From Suttonella indologenes (lineage in GTDB: Bacteria > Pseudomonadota > Gammaproteobacteria > Cardiobacteriales > Cardiobacteriaceae), in contig NZ_UHIA01000003.1 in NCBI RefSeq assembly GCF_900460215.1, positions 494,760-526,759 of the forward strand: a stretch of 32,000 nt of DNA. Reading direction: 5' to 3'. Positions 7,927 to 16,980 of this stretch are shown here, piece by piece; the first letter of the stretch is position 1; each line of letters begins with the position of its first letter. The position numbers were made by a program, and so were the translations under genes. Under the pieces are notes generated by a model. The model saw only the letters and a program-made list of their open reading frames with translations. It did no database searches and was not told the origin of the DNA.

Positions 7927-10900
7927 ATGTTGGGTAGTCTTAAACTGGACCCCAACAACCTACATAAACGTTTGGGTGATGGTTATTACGAGCAACGCTT
8001 AATCAATGAACAAATCACAGAGCTAACAGGACATCGTCGTTTAGACGGTTATCAAAACGACGAAGAACAATTCAAATCCCTGATGGATAACAGTGTCACT
8101 GCTGCTCAAACAATGAACCTCACGGTTGGCATTGCATTAAGTGCCGAGCAAGTTGCACAGCTGACCAGCGACATCGTTTGGTTGGTACACAAAGAAGTTA
8201 AGCTCCCTGATGGCAGTACGCAAACCGTATTGGTGCCACAGGTTTATGTGCGTGTGAAAAATGGCGACATAGACGGTAAAGGTGCATTGCTCTCGGGCAA
8301 CAATGCACAAATAGACGTTGCAGGCAACCTGAAAAACTCAGGCACGATTGCAGGGCGCAATGCGCTTATCATCAACACCGATACACTGGACAATATCGCT
8401 GGGCATGTTCATGCACAAAAAGCAGCCATTTCTGCCACACAAGACATCAACAATATTGGCGGTAACCTTTCTGCTGAACAGGCATTATGGTTAAAAGCAG
8501 GCAACAACATCAACAGCCAAAGCACCACCGCCGGCAGTCAAAATACACAAGGCAGCAGCACCCACCTAGACCGAATAGCAGGTATTTACATCACAGGCAC
8601 AGAAAAAGGTGTTTTAGCAGCACAAGCTGGTAAGGACATCAACATCATTGCCAGTCAAATCAGCAATCAATCAGAGCAAGGACAAACCCAGCTGCAAGCA
8701 GGGCGCAACATCAATCTGGATACCGTACAAACCGGCAAACATCAAGAAACCCATTTTGATGCTGATAACCATGTTATTCGCGGTTCAACTAACGAAATTG
8801 GTAGCAATATTCAAACGCAAGGTGATGTTACCCTGTTAGCAGGCAACAACCTCAATGCCAAAGCTGCCCAAGTCAGCAGCGCAAACGGTACACTCGCTGT
8901 GTCTGCCAAAAATGACATCAACATCAGCGCAGGCATCAATACGACCCATGTTGATGATGCGTCCAAACACAAAGGCAGAAGTGGCGGTGGCAATAAATTG
9001 GTTATTACCGACAAAGCCCAGAGCCACAACGAAACCGCTCAAAGCAGCACTTTTGACGGCAAACAAGTTGTATTGCAGGCAGGAAACGACGCCAACATAA
9101 AGGGCAGCAATGTCATTTCTGACAGTGGCACCCATATCCAAGCAGGCAATCATGTTCACATTGGCACAACCCTAACCCATAATCAAAGCGAAACCTATCA
9201 TCAAACCAAAAAATCAGGATTGATGAGTGCAGGTATCGGCTTCACGATTGGCAGCAAGACAAACACACAAGAAAACCAATCCCAAAGCACCGAACATACA
9301 GGTAGTACCGTAGGCAGCATCAAAGGCGATACCGCCATTATGGCAGGTAAACACTATCAACAAATCGGCAGTACCGTTTCCAGCCCGGAAGGCAACAACA
9401 CCATCCATGCCCAAAGCATAGACATTCAAGCAGCACACAACCAATTAAACAGCAATACCACCCAAACCTATGAACAAAAAGGCTTAACGGTGGCATTCAG
9501 TTCGCCCGTTACCGATTTGGCACAACAAGCTATTGCCGTCGCACAAAGCAGCAAACAAGTCGGACAAAGCAAAAATGGTCGTGTCAATGCCATGGCAGCT
9601 GCCAATGCAGGCTGGCAAGCCTATCAAACAGGTAAGAGTGCACAAAACTTAGCCAACGGGACAACCAATGCCAACCAAGTCAGCATCTCCATTACCTATG
9701 GCGAGCAAAAAAACCAACAAACCACCCAAATTCAAGCAAGCCAAGCCCAAGCAAGTCAAATTCAAGCAGGCGGTAAAACCACATTAATCGCCGCAGGTGC
9801 AGCAGAACAATCCAACATCAACATAACAGGTTCAGATGTAGCGGGTAAAGCAGGTACCACCCTGATTGCCGATAACAACATCACACTCCAATCCGCCGAA
9901 CAAAGCAGCAGAGAACGCAGCAACAACAAAAGCAGCGGCTGGAATGCAGGTGTCGCCGTATCATTCGGACAAGGAGGCTGGTCATTAGGCATTACCGCAG
10001 GTGGCAATGTCGGCAAAGGCTACGGCAATGGCGACAGCGTAACACACCACCATAGCCATATTGGCGACAAAGGCAGCCAAACCATTATCCAAAGCGGTGG
10101 CGATACCACACTAAAAGGCGCGCAAGTCATCGGCAAAGGCGTACAAGTTCATGCCAAAAACCTAAGTATTCAAAGCGTACAAGATAGCGAAACCTATCAA
10201 AGCAAACAACAAAACGCCAGTGCCCAAGTGACCGTAGGCTACGGCGCCAGTGCTGGCGGCAGTTATGGCAAAAGCAAAATCCGAGCCGATCATGCTTCGG
10301 TAACCGAGCAAAGCGGTATTTATGCAGGAGAAGACGGCTATCAAATCAACATCGCCCAACACACCGACCTCAAAGGCGGCATTGTTACCAGTACCCAAAG
10401 CGCAGAAAACAAAGGCAAAAATCGATTCAGCACCGGCACACTCGCCCACAGCGACATCAAAAACCACAGCCAATACCAAGGCAAAAGTTTCGGATTGGGT
10501 GCCAGCGTTGCCGTAAGCGGCAAAACATTGGGGCAAGGAGAACAAAACACCCAAAGCAGCCTGAAAACCGTAGCCGATAAAAACGGCACCGGTTCGTCTG
10601 TCGGTTACGGCAAAGACAGCGACAACCAAAGCAGTGTTACCCGCAGCGGCATCAACACCCGAAACATTCACATTACCGATGAAGCCGAACAAATCCGGCT
10701 GACGGGCAAAACGGCAGAGCAAAGCAAAGTCGATATTTATACCGACACCAATACAGACACCGCCGAACAACTTTCAGGCAGCCTGAAAAACGTCTTTGAT
10801 AAAGACAAAGTGCAAAGCGAGCTGGATTTACAAAGAACAGTCAGCCAAGACTTCAACCGCAATGTTCAGGCAGCCAATACCGCAATCAACCGCCACCTTG

Positions 10901-12063
10901 ACCAACTCAAAACACAACTGGAAAAAGGCGAAATCAGCCAAACGGAATACGACAGCAAAGTAGCCAACTGGCAACGAGGGCAAGTGTTGCTCAACAGCAT
11001 TGCCTCAGGCTTAACTGCGCCGACCCAAAGTGCAACAGGTATTGTGGCAGCGACCGCATCGCCAGCGTTGTCGTATGAAATTGGGCAACACTTTAAAGGA
11101 AAAAACGCAGAAGGAACGAGCGCACATATTCTTGCCCATGCGGTATTGGGAGCGGCGGTTGCAGCAGCAGGAGACAATAACGCCCTAGCAGGAGCGATTA
11201 GCGCAGGTGGGGCAGAAGTGGCTGCACCGAGAATAAGTCAATTTTTATATGGAACAGGCAAAGCCAATGAATTGACAGCCGAGCAGAAAGAGACTGTTTC
11301 AGCGATTACAAATTTGCTGGGGGCGGCAACAGGGGCAGTTGTTGGCAACTCAACAGTCAATGCGGTGCAAGGTGGACTGAATGCGGAAAATGCGGTGGAG
11401 AATAATGCAGTCAATCAAAAACAAACAGGTACAATTAATACATTCATCAATGTATTCAACAATACCCCTTCAAAAATGGGACAGACCAAAGGAGAAGCTG
11501 CTCATAATGCTATGTTACGATTAAGTAATACTGATTGGGACTATACTCCCAATGTTACTCCTTATTTTAACTTATTAGAAGGCAGATATATATATACAAG
11601 TGAAGGTGGGTGGATTGATATGGTACATTTCCTATTTTATGCATCTGTGGCATATAAAGAAAAAATCAACTTACAAAGAAAGAATGACATAGATTGGACA
11701 TTACCATCTAATTATGGACAAGTAAGACGCATATCATCAGAAGAAATCCAAAATAAAGCCATTAACGAGGCAATCCAATATGGATATATTCAGGAAAAAA
11801 TGGATTCTTTTAAATCACAACACTCTGCTTATTCATATGAAGATTTACCATCAGATAAGTATGGTGCAATTTTTGGAGCAAAATATTTTAATCCTAAAAC
11901 ACAACAAACTTTTGGAGAACAAATAAATCATTACTTCACCCATATACTAAAAGCACAAGACCCTAAAACAGCACCTAATTATTCATCATTACCAACAGAA
12001 GATTTAGGTGTACATTCAGGCATAGTCAATAAAACAACTAAACCTCTATTCATTGGGAAATGA
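7927..12063 (+). CDS. cdiA: 5'-truncated cdiA copy (silent cassette) with PT-VENN pretoxin domain and an unclassified C-terminal toxin
   Basis: Homology to cdiA starts at 7889, immediately after REP 7857-7890, and corresponds to cdiA 1218 onward (offset 6671). It is near-identical to about 10230 and then diverges. It contains SGSLKNVFDKDKVQSE, a PT-VENN-like stretch (AHAVLGAAVAAAGDNNALAGAISAGGAEVAAP...LNAENAVENN) and an AT-rich toxin of about 218 aa. There is no TPS domain or signal peptide; the first ATG is at 7927. Confidence 0.88.
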   Translation: MLGSLKLDPNNLHKRLGDGYYEQRLINEQITELTGHRRLDGYQNDEEQFKSLMDNSVTAAQTMNLTVGIALSAEQVAQLTSDIVWLVHKEVKLPDGSTQTVLVPQVYVRVKNGDIDGKGALLSGNNAQIDVAGNLKNSGTIAGRNALIINTDTLDNIAGHVHAQKAAISATQDINNIGGNLSAEQALWLKAGNNINSQSTTAGSQNTQGSSTHLDRIAGIYITGTEKGVLAAQAGKDINIIASQISNQSEQGQTQLQAGRNINLDTVQTGKHQETHFDADNHVIRGSTNEIGSNIQTQGDVTLLAGNNLNAKAAQVSSANGTLAVSAKNDINISAGINTTHVDDASKHKGRSGGGNKLVITDKAQSHNETAQSSTFDGKQVVLQAGNDANIKGSNVISDSGTHIQAGNHVHIGTTLTHNQSETYHQTKKSGLMSAGIGFTIGSKTNTQENQSQSTEHTGSTVGSIKGDTAIMAGKHYQQIGSTVSSPEGNNTIHAQSIDIQAAHNQLNSNTTQTYEQKGLTVAFSSPVTDLAQQAIAVAQSSKQVGQSKNGRVNAMAAANAGWQAYQTGKSAQNLANGTTNANQVSISITYGEQKNQQTTQIQASQAQASQIQAGGKTTLIAAGAAEQSNINITGSDVAGKAGTTLIADNNITLQSAEQSSRERSNNKSSGWNAGVAVSFGQGGWSLGITAGGNVGKGYGNGDSVTHHHSHIGDKGSQTIIQSGGDTTLKGAQVIGKGVQVHAKNLSIQSVQDSETYQSKQQNASAQVTVGYGASAGGSYGKSKIRADHASVTEQSGIYAGEDGYQINIAQHTDLKGGIVTSTQSAENKGKNRFSTGTLAHSDIKNHSQYQGKSFGLGASVAVSGKTLGQGEQNTQSSLKTVADKNGTGSSVGYGKDSDNQSSVTRSGINTRNIHITDEAEQIRLTGKTAEQSKVDIYTDTNTDTAEQLSGSLKNVFDKDKVQSELDLQRTVSQDFNRNVQAANTAINRHLDQLKTQLEKGEISQTEYDSKVANWQRGQVLLNSIASGLTAPTQSATGIVAATASPALSYEIGQHFKGKNAEGTSAHILAHAVLGAAVAAAGDNNALAGAISAGGAEVAAPRISQFLYGTGKANELTAEQKETVSAITNLLGAATGAVVGNSTVNAVQGGLNAENAVENNAVNQKQTGTINTFINVFNNTPSKMGQTKGEAAHNAMLRLSNTDWDYTPNVTPYFNLLEGRYIYTSEGGWIDMVHFLFYASVAYKEKINLQRKNDIDWTLPSNYGQVRRISSEEIQNKAINEAIQYGYIQEKMDSFKSQHSAYSYEDLPSDKYGAIFGAKYFNPKTQQTFGEQINHYFTHILKAQDPKTAPNYSSLPTEDLGVHSGIVNKTTKPLFIGK
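10776..10787 (+). repeat. DNA uptake sequence at the constant/variable junction of the second cdiA copy
   Basis: Exact 12-mer encoding GSLK of SGSLKNVFDKDKVQSE. Confidence 0.85.
11395..11406 (+). other. VENN pretoxin/toxin boundary motif
   Basis: gtg gag aat aat is in frame (AENAVENNAV). Composition becomes visibly AT-richer downstream. Confidence 0.85.
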
Positions 12064-12064
12064 A

Positions 12065-12412
12065 ATGATATATTTTAAAATAATAACCATTAGTATGGTT
12101 TTATACATCTCACTATTGCAAATTAATCTGAAAATGTTAGAAAAAAGGATTGATTTCTTAATATGGAACATGGATAAATATTACCTTGCATATGGATATT
12201 ACCCAAATAATTTTGACTTCATATCAAAAAAAACTGATTTTACTACTGAATCATATTGTGATTTTTGGGATAAAAACATTGCAGGATATGGTAATTGCTA
12301 CTTCATAAATAATGATAAGGAATATACTATATTAGTCATGGGTTTTTCATCAAAAATACTATTTTCATCCAACAACAGAATAAAAGAATTCAATTCAAAT
12401 AAATATGATTAG
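12065..12412 (+). CDS. cdiI: putative immunity protein for the VENN-linked toxin; N-terminal membrane anchor
   Basis: The ATG lies 1 nt after the toxin stop. The N-terminus MIYFKIITISMVLYISLLQI is hydrophobic. The gene is very AT-rich and in the immunity position. The ORF track start at 12053 is in the same frame. Confidence 0.6.
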   Translation: MIYFKIITISMVLYISLLQINLKMLEKRIDFLIWNMDKYYLAYGYYPNNFDFISKKTDFTTESYCDFWDKNIAGYGNCYFINNDKEYTILVMGFSSKILFSSNNRIKEFNSNKYD

Positions 12413-12511
12413 ACTTCCTGCGAAACTTAAAATCCCGCTTCCCAATTTACAATGGAAGCAATCAAATTAAGCCGTAACCCTAAACGTTTACAATGATTGC
12501 GGTAACGGCAA

Positions 12512-12542
12512 GCAAGCGTAGGGTGGGTGCTCGCACCCACGC
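12512..12542. repeat. REP variant with compensated stem
   Basis: gcaagcgtagggtgggtgctcgcacccacgc keeps the same flanks as the other copies, but the stem is GTGGGTGC/GCACCCAC instead of GTGGGCAAC/GTTGCCCAC. A minus-strand DUS follows at 12561-12572. Confidence 0.75.
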
Positions 12543-12560
12543 ATTCTTATTAAATTTCAT

Positions 12561-12572
12561 TTCAGGCTGCCT
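12561..12572 (-). repeat. DNA uptake sequence (minus strand)
   Basis: ttcaggctgcct is the reverse complement of the 12-mer. It lies 19 nt after REP 12512-12542. Confidence 0.8.
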
Positions 12573-12741
12573 AAAATACTTTTTCATTCAAATCAACTTT
12601 TGTTACATTGAATTCTTCATGATAAAAAGTAATCAAAAGCTGCCTGAAACAATCCCATTAAGTAAGCATTCCACTTAATGAATAAAACGTCCGTTTGCTA
12701 ACCACTTGTTTTAATAAAATTTACCCAATAGGAACAAAGCC

Positions 12742-13026
12742 ATGAGCCAACTCCAAACCTATCCGAAACAACCCACTTCCATGCAAAGCAGTTATGCATT
12801 GGCAAGACGAGCCGAGCAAAATTACCGCGATATGATTAACCAACAATTAATCCACTCGCTAGAACGCATGGCAAACCCAAACTACCAAGCCCAAGATATG
12901 CCCCATGACTTCCATGCTTCGGTTTTGAACAGAATTGCCCAACAAATGGAACAAGCTGATGTACAAGCAAGCGTAGGGTGGGCAACTTGTTGCCCACGCG
13001 TTAATGATAACTTTCAGGCAGCCTGA
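12742..13026 (+). CDS. hypothetical protein; 3' end replaced by a REP plus DUS
   Basis: ATG preceded by aggaac. I recognise no family. From 12967 the reading frame runs through a REP copy and a DUS, so the native C-terminus is probably lost. Confidence 0.3.
   Translation: MSQLQTYPKQPTSMQSSYALARRAEQNYRDMINQQLIHSLERMANPNYQAQDMPHDFHASVLNRIAQQMEQADVQASVGWATCCPRVNDNFQAA
12967..13000. repeat. REP copy (forward orientation)
   Basis: gcaagcgtagggtgggcaacttgttgcccacgcg. It starts the 133-bp block 12967-13099, which is duplicated at 17241-17373. Confidence 0.8.
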
Positions 13027-13027
13027 A
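13016..13027 (+). repeat. DNA uptake sequence
   Basis: Exact 12-mer, 15 nt after REP 12967-13000 and upstream of the cdiA 5' stub. Confidence 0.8.
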
Positions 13028-13056
13028 AGCCTAAAACCACAAGGAAAGCTCCAAAA

Positions 13057-13311
13057 ATGAACAACCGCTTACACAAAGTCATCTTCAACCGCAACACAGG
13101 CTTAATGGCTGTTGTTGCAGAAAATTCCCATAACAACGGCAAATCAAGTGCTACGGATAATGGTATAGCGGTTAGTTTATGCGGATTATTCAATCAATAT
13201 GATTGCATAAAAATAGCCGCAACAAACGCCCTTAAAGTGGCTTATGCACTACAATCCCAAACCACAGCCATTACAGTGTTGGCAGTGAAATTCAAGCCGC
13301 AGGCAAGTTGA
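13057..13311 (+). pseudogene. collapsed 5' end of a cdiA/tpsA gene (ESPR extended signal peptide stub)
   Basis: MNNRLHKVIFNRNTGLMAVVAENSHNNGK is a typical type V ESPR motif (MNKxxYRxIFNxxxGxxVAVSE). An aggaaa RBS lies upstream. There is no TPS domain. At about 13265-13350 an FHA-like piece (SVGSEIQAAGKLNIQSEEDITVSGSL) appears in another frame. Confidence 0.75.
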
Positions 13312-13349
13312 ATATCCAATCAGAAGAAGATATTACCGTTTCAGGCAGC

Positions 13350-13411
13350 CTATTGCTGATATAGTCGATCATGATTTTATCCAAGCGATTATGAAAATTA
13401 CTGGTCATTGA
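13350..13411 (+). pseudogene. toxin-tail scar (last ~20 codons of a toxin of the 17531-20725 family)
   Basis: IADIVDHDFIQAIMKITGH* matches ISDIVDSDFIQAIMKISGH* at the end of the 20725 toxin. The upstream junction falls inside a truncated DUS (tttcaggcagcct|attgct). Confidence 0.8.
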
Positions 13412-13434
13412 TTATCTATATATTGGTAGTTGTT

Positions 13435-13788
13435 ATGAAATGCTATATTAAAGTTGTCATTATTGTTTTTATAATGGTAATGACAACTTCTTGTAATCCT
13501 TGCTTTTTTGCAACTTCGTATTGTTATTATCCGTTTGATAAATATTCTATAAATAGCGATATTGAATATTATGTAAAAGATAACACAACTGATAAACAAA
13601 GAATTGAAGATTTTAGAAGTTGCCTTGCTGTTACTTGCCCTGAAATACATAAGTTGTATAAATTACCTGATGAAAAAGGTAATTATCTGTATGTTATAGA
13701 AAAAACGAATAACATAGAATATATAAACTGTATTGGTGCAAATTCAAGATGTATGCTTAACAATAAAGGATATTCAACAAAATGGTAA
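13435..13788 (+). CDS. small Cys-rich predicted lipoprotein, family A (putative orphan immunity)
   Basis: Signal peptide MKCYIKVVIIVFIMVMTTSC. Conserved motifs are RIEDFRSCL..CPEI and C-terminal CMLNNKGY. Paralogous to 14210-14592 and 21645-22031. Confidence 0.7.
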   Translation: MKCYIKVVIIVFIMVMTTSCNPCFFATSYCYYPFDKYSINSDIEYYVKDNTTDKQRIEDFRSCLAVTCPEIHKLYKLPDEKGNYLYVIEKTNNIEYINCIGANSRCMLNNKGYSTKW

Positions 13789-13790
13789 TA

Positions 13791-14199
13791 ATGAAAAAAT
13801 TATTGGTCATTGATATGTGTTGTTATCGGTTGAGTGTCATCATTGTTTTAATGATGACACTGACTTCTTGCGGTAGGTGCGGACTAATGCCAGTAGTCTC
13901 GTGTTCAAAATATATAGGTTCTGACTTGGAAATGTTTAGCCATAAGGGAAAATCAGAGATGGAAAAAAGAAGAGATTTTGAAAGTTGTATTTCACAATCT
14001 ATATGTCCTGATGAAATTAAAAATGGCAATTTATTAGATGATACTGGTCATTTTGCACAGTATGTTAATGAACGGCAAAAATTAATTATAGAAAAACAAA
14101 AAATATGATGATGCAATGAATAATTGCGTGCAATCTGTTTATAATTGTATGGTAGAAAATAAAGGATATAAGTGTTGTTTTTTGGATAAAGGTTATTAG
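13791..14199 (+). pseudogene. small Cys-rich lipoprotein, family B, disrupted by two 1-nt deletions
   Basis: Aligned with the intact copy at 21242-21634, a C is missing between 14081 and 14082, and the A-run at 14097-14102 is A6 rather than A7. The conserved tail YDDAMNNCVQSVYNCMVENKGYKCCFLDKGY is present in the DNA but out of frame. Confidence 0.8.
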
Positions 14200-14209
14200 A
14201 TTAACAGTT

Positions 14210-14592
14210 ATGTTTGTGCGTTGTTTTAAAGTTGTCATTATTGTTTTTATAATGGTAATGACAACTTCTTGTAATCCTTGTTTATTTGCAACTTCGTCTT
14301 GTAATTATCCTTTTGATGATATGACGATAAGAGCAAACAACGATATTGAATATTTTGTTAAAAATAATACGACTACGAACAACGAATTGATGATTTCAGA
14401 AGTTGCCTTTCCGTTGCTTGTCCTGAAATATATAAATTATATCAATTACCTGATGAAAAGGGTAATTATCAATATATTATAAAAAAATATTATGATAATA
14501 AATACAATGATAATGCAGTCAAATCGACAAATTGTATTGGGGATAATGCAAGATGTATGCTTAATAATAAAGGATATTCAACAAAATGGTAA
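14210..14592 (+). pseudogene. small Cys-rich lipoprotein, family A, frameshifted
   Basis: The N-terminus MFVRCFKVVIIVFIMVMTTSCNPC is identical to 21645. The frame is lost near 14380-14386. The alternative frame restores RIDDFRSCLSVACPEIYKLYQLPDEKGNY...ARCMLNNKGYSTKW*. Confidence 0.8.
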
Positions 14593-14594
14593 TA

Positions 14595-16508
14595 ATGGGT
14601 TACGGCGTTTCAGGCAGTGCGAGTTATAGCAAGTCGAAAGTCAACGCCGATTATGCGTCTGTGAATGAACAAAGCGGCATATTTGCGGGTGAAGACGGTT
14701 ATCAAATCAATGACCACACCGACTTGAAAGGCGGTTTGATTACTTCCACCCAAAAATCGGAAGACGATGGCAAAAACCGTTTTACAACGGGTACGCTCAC
14801 CTTTGAAGACTTGGCGAATCACGCCGAATATAAGGGTGAAGCGATTGGTTTGGGTGTTTCAGGCAGCGTTGCGGGCGATAATCCAAATCAAAACAGCCGT
14901 ATTTATACCGTTAATCAAAGCGGTATGAGTAGCACAATGGGCTATGGCAAAGACAGCGACAAACAATACGCCACAACCCATTCAGGCATTAACACTGCCA
15001 ATATCACCATTCGTGATAACGAAAAACAACAGCAAATCACAGGAATATCGGCGGAAGAAGCGAAACGGGCTGTTAAAGCCGATGTAACAACCGACAACTA
15101 CGCCGAACATTCAGGCAGCCTGAAAAACAATTTCGATAAAGACAAAGTGCAATCAGAGATTGATTTGCAGGTTAAGGTTACACAGGAGTTTGATAGTAAT
15201 CGCAAAGCCTTGCGTGCAGAAATCAACAAAGCAGCAGATGAAAAAAGACAAAAAGCCGAAGATATAAGAAGAGAAAATTATATTGACGGCAAAAACGGTT
15301 ATAACACCGCAGAATCTTTGGCTTTGGATAAGTCTGCCGACAAATTGGAAAAAGTCGCTTTTTACACTGATTTGGCATTAGGTGGATTGTATGGAATTGG
15401 CGATAGCACGGCTTTAACTTATGTAACAGGTAGTGCAGTGGCTAATCCAGCCATTCGAGCGGGTACAAGACCAAGACAGTTTTGGTTTGAGAAATGTGAC
15501 GGCGATAGTTTGTATTGTTCTAATAGAAATTATGACGATACGGCGGATAGAAAAATTTATGATAAAAACGGGCAAGAAATTGACACTAAAGATCCAAATT
15601 ACACTGGAATGGTTGAGATTGGTGATAAACGGCAAATCTCTGATTTAAATGAGATTGAACCTAACAAAGTAACTGGAAGCATCGTTACTACAAATGACGG
15701 TATATTGAACCCACGAAATGACGCTCTAAAAAATGGGATTAAGCAACAAAAATGGGAAGTAGATAAGGAAGGTATTTTGCTTATCTACAATCCGCCAACA
15801 GGCAATTCTATTTCTGAACTTTTGTATGCCGCTTATGATAAAACTAACGATTTGTTAGGCGGTCGTTTGCCTTTAACTTCTGCACAAAAAGCGAACCTTG
15901 AATTAAATCAATATGCAGAAAGTAAAGGTTATAAGATTGATAGTAACAATCATAGTCGTGGCGGTTTAACTCGAAGTGTTTCTGATAAATATTCAGTCAG
16001 ACATAATCTGCCTTTACCGTATAACAATGTTCAATTCTTCGGTAGTGCGGCAAATGTAGATGATTATACAAACTACATGAACGAATATGGTAGGAAAGAT
16101 TTTAATATTTCTGCCACAACACATTACACAGATTTTGTTGGTAGAACTCCATTAGTTGCATTGCGTAGTAAGCATATTGTTGGTGGAAATGAACCAACAG
16201 GCGGAGTTGAAGATAAATGGTTCTTATATTCGCACAGCAGTTATTTTGCAGAAAAACCAACCCCATACCTTGTAAATGAACACGGTTTTTATATGGATAA
16301 AAATGGCGACCTGATAAAAGATAATTCAGGAAATCCTATAAAAATGACGGAAGAAAATAAATTGGAATATTCAACAAAAGTTCCAAATCCATATTTAGAT
16401 GATTTTGAACAGAAATGGATAAAAGGACAAACTCATAACAAGGTGTCAGGTGATAATCCGTCTCTTCCAGTTCCAGTTAGAACAAAAAAACAACAGGGAG
16501 AGCGATAA
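14595..16508 (+). CDS. cdiA: 5'-truncated cdiA cassette with alpha/beta-hydrolase-like (lipase/esterase-type) C-terminal toxin
   Basis: From 14598 it is homologous to cdiA from about 3566 (GYG.S.....SKSK.NA...SV.EQSGI.AGEDGYQIN..HTDLKGGLITSTQKSEDDGKNRFTTGTLTFEDLAN). The SGSLKNNFDKDKVQSEIDLQ junction is identical to that of cdiA. The unique tail has NGILNP.NDA, a nucleophile-elbow-like NHSRGG (15951-15965), FGSAANVDD and YSHSSYF, a Ser-Asp-His order consistent with an alpha/beta hydrolase. The family assignment is inference. Confidence 0.8.
   Translation: MGYGVSGSASYSKSKVNADYASVNEQSGIFAGEDGYQINDHTDLKGGLITSTQKSEDDGKNRFTTGTLTFEDLANHAEYKGEAIGLGVSGSVAGDNPNQNSRIYTVNQSGMSSTMGYGKDSDKQYATTHSGINTANITIRDNEKQQQITGISAEEAKRAVKADVTTDNYAEHSGSLKNNFDKDKVQSEIDLQVKVTQEFDSNRKALRAEINKAADEKRQKAEDIRRENYIDGKNGYNTAESLALDKSADKLEKVAFYTDLALGGLYGIGDSTALTYVTGSAVANPAIRAGTRPRQFWFEKCDGDSLYCSNRNYDDTADRKIYDKNGQEIDTKDPNYTGMVEIGDKRQISDLNEIEPNKVTGSIVTTNDGILNPRNDALKNGIKQQKWEVDKEGILLIYNPPTGNSISELLYAAYDKTNDLLGGRLPLTSAQKANLELNQYAESKGYKIDSNNHSRGGLTRSVSDKYSVRHNLPLPYNNVQFFGSAANVDDYTNYMNEYGRKDFNISATTHYTDFVGRTPLVALRSKHIVGGNEPTGGVEDKWFLYSHSSYFAEKPTPYLVNEHGFYMDKNGDLIKDNSGNPIKMTEENKLEYSTKVPNPYLDDFEQKWIKGQTHNKVSGDNPSLPVPVRTKKQQGER
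15113..15124 (+). repeat. DNA uptake sequence at the constant/variable junction of the hydrolase cassette
   Basis: Exact 12-mer encoding GSLK of SGSLKNNFDKDKVQSE. About 90 bp around it are identical to cdiA 4063-4150. Confidence 0.85.
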
Positions 16509-16939
16509 TGAAAAAATACTTCTTTTCAGTCTGCTTGTTATTAACAGGCTGTGGGGTTTTGTTTGATGACCCACTAACAAGATTTTGGAATGGCGGTTAT
16601 TTTTTGTTTCCAGACAAAGAAATAGCAAGTGATGGAATTTATAAAACTTCGGATACTGACTTGCATTATTACGAAAGTTTGTCGCTTGAACAAAGAAAAC
16701 GCTATCTAAAATTTAAGCCTATTAAGGATAAATGCGAACATAAGTATTCAGATAGAACAAAATATGATTACGCTACACAAATGGCAAATATCGTTAGGTG
16801 TTTTAATGAACAAGGCTATCAATCTGAAACTGCTTTTATATTGAATGGACATACAATAACTCAAAAAGGTAGTATTTGCACAAAAGATGAACCCAAACAA
16901 TGCGATAATGTTATGCGTAGTTATATCGTTTTATTTTAA
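16508..16939 (+). CDS. cdiI: predicted lipoprotein, putative immunity for the hydrolase-like toxin
   Basis: The ATG overlaps the toxin stop (TAATG at 16506-16510). Lipobox LLTGC. 143 aa and AT-rich. Confidence 0.7.
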   Translation: MKKYFFSVCLLLTGCGVLFDDPLTRFWNGGYFLFPDKEIASDGIYKTSDTDLHYYESLSLEQRKRYLKFKPIKDKCEHKYSDRTKYDYATQMANIVRCFNEQGYQSETAFILNGHTITQKGSICTKDEPKQCDNVMRSYIVLF

Positions 16940-16980
16940 TTGAAATGTAACTTGAAAATTGACAATACAGGAGCAACAAA

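Noticed and set aside
8648-10770. The same small ORFs recurring inside the second and third cdiA copies (8836-9159, 10162-10770, 17801-18124 and others).
   Set aside because: They recur only because the underlying DNA is duplicated. Conservation follows the cdiA frame, not theirs.
12493-12678. 61-aa ORF in the intergenic region after the VENN-toxin immunity gene.
   Set aside because: It reads straight through a REP hairpin and a DUS and has no RBS. It is most likely non-coding.
14075-14105. Simple phase variation of the family-B lipoprotein via the A6/A7 tract.
   Set aside because: Relative to the intact paralogue this copy has two separate 1-nt deletions (a missing C after 14081 and the shorter A-run). 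A single slippage event would not restore the frame, so it is treated as a pseudogene.
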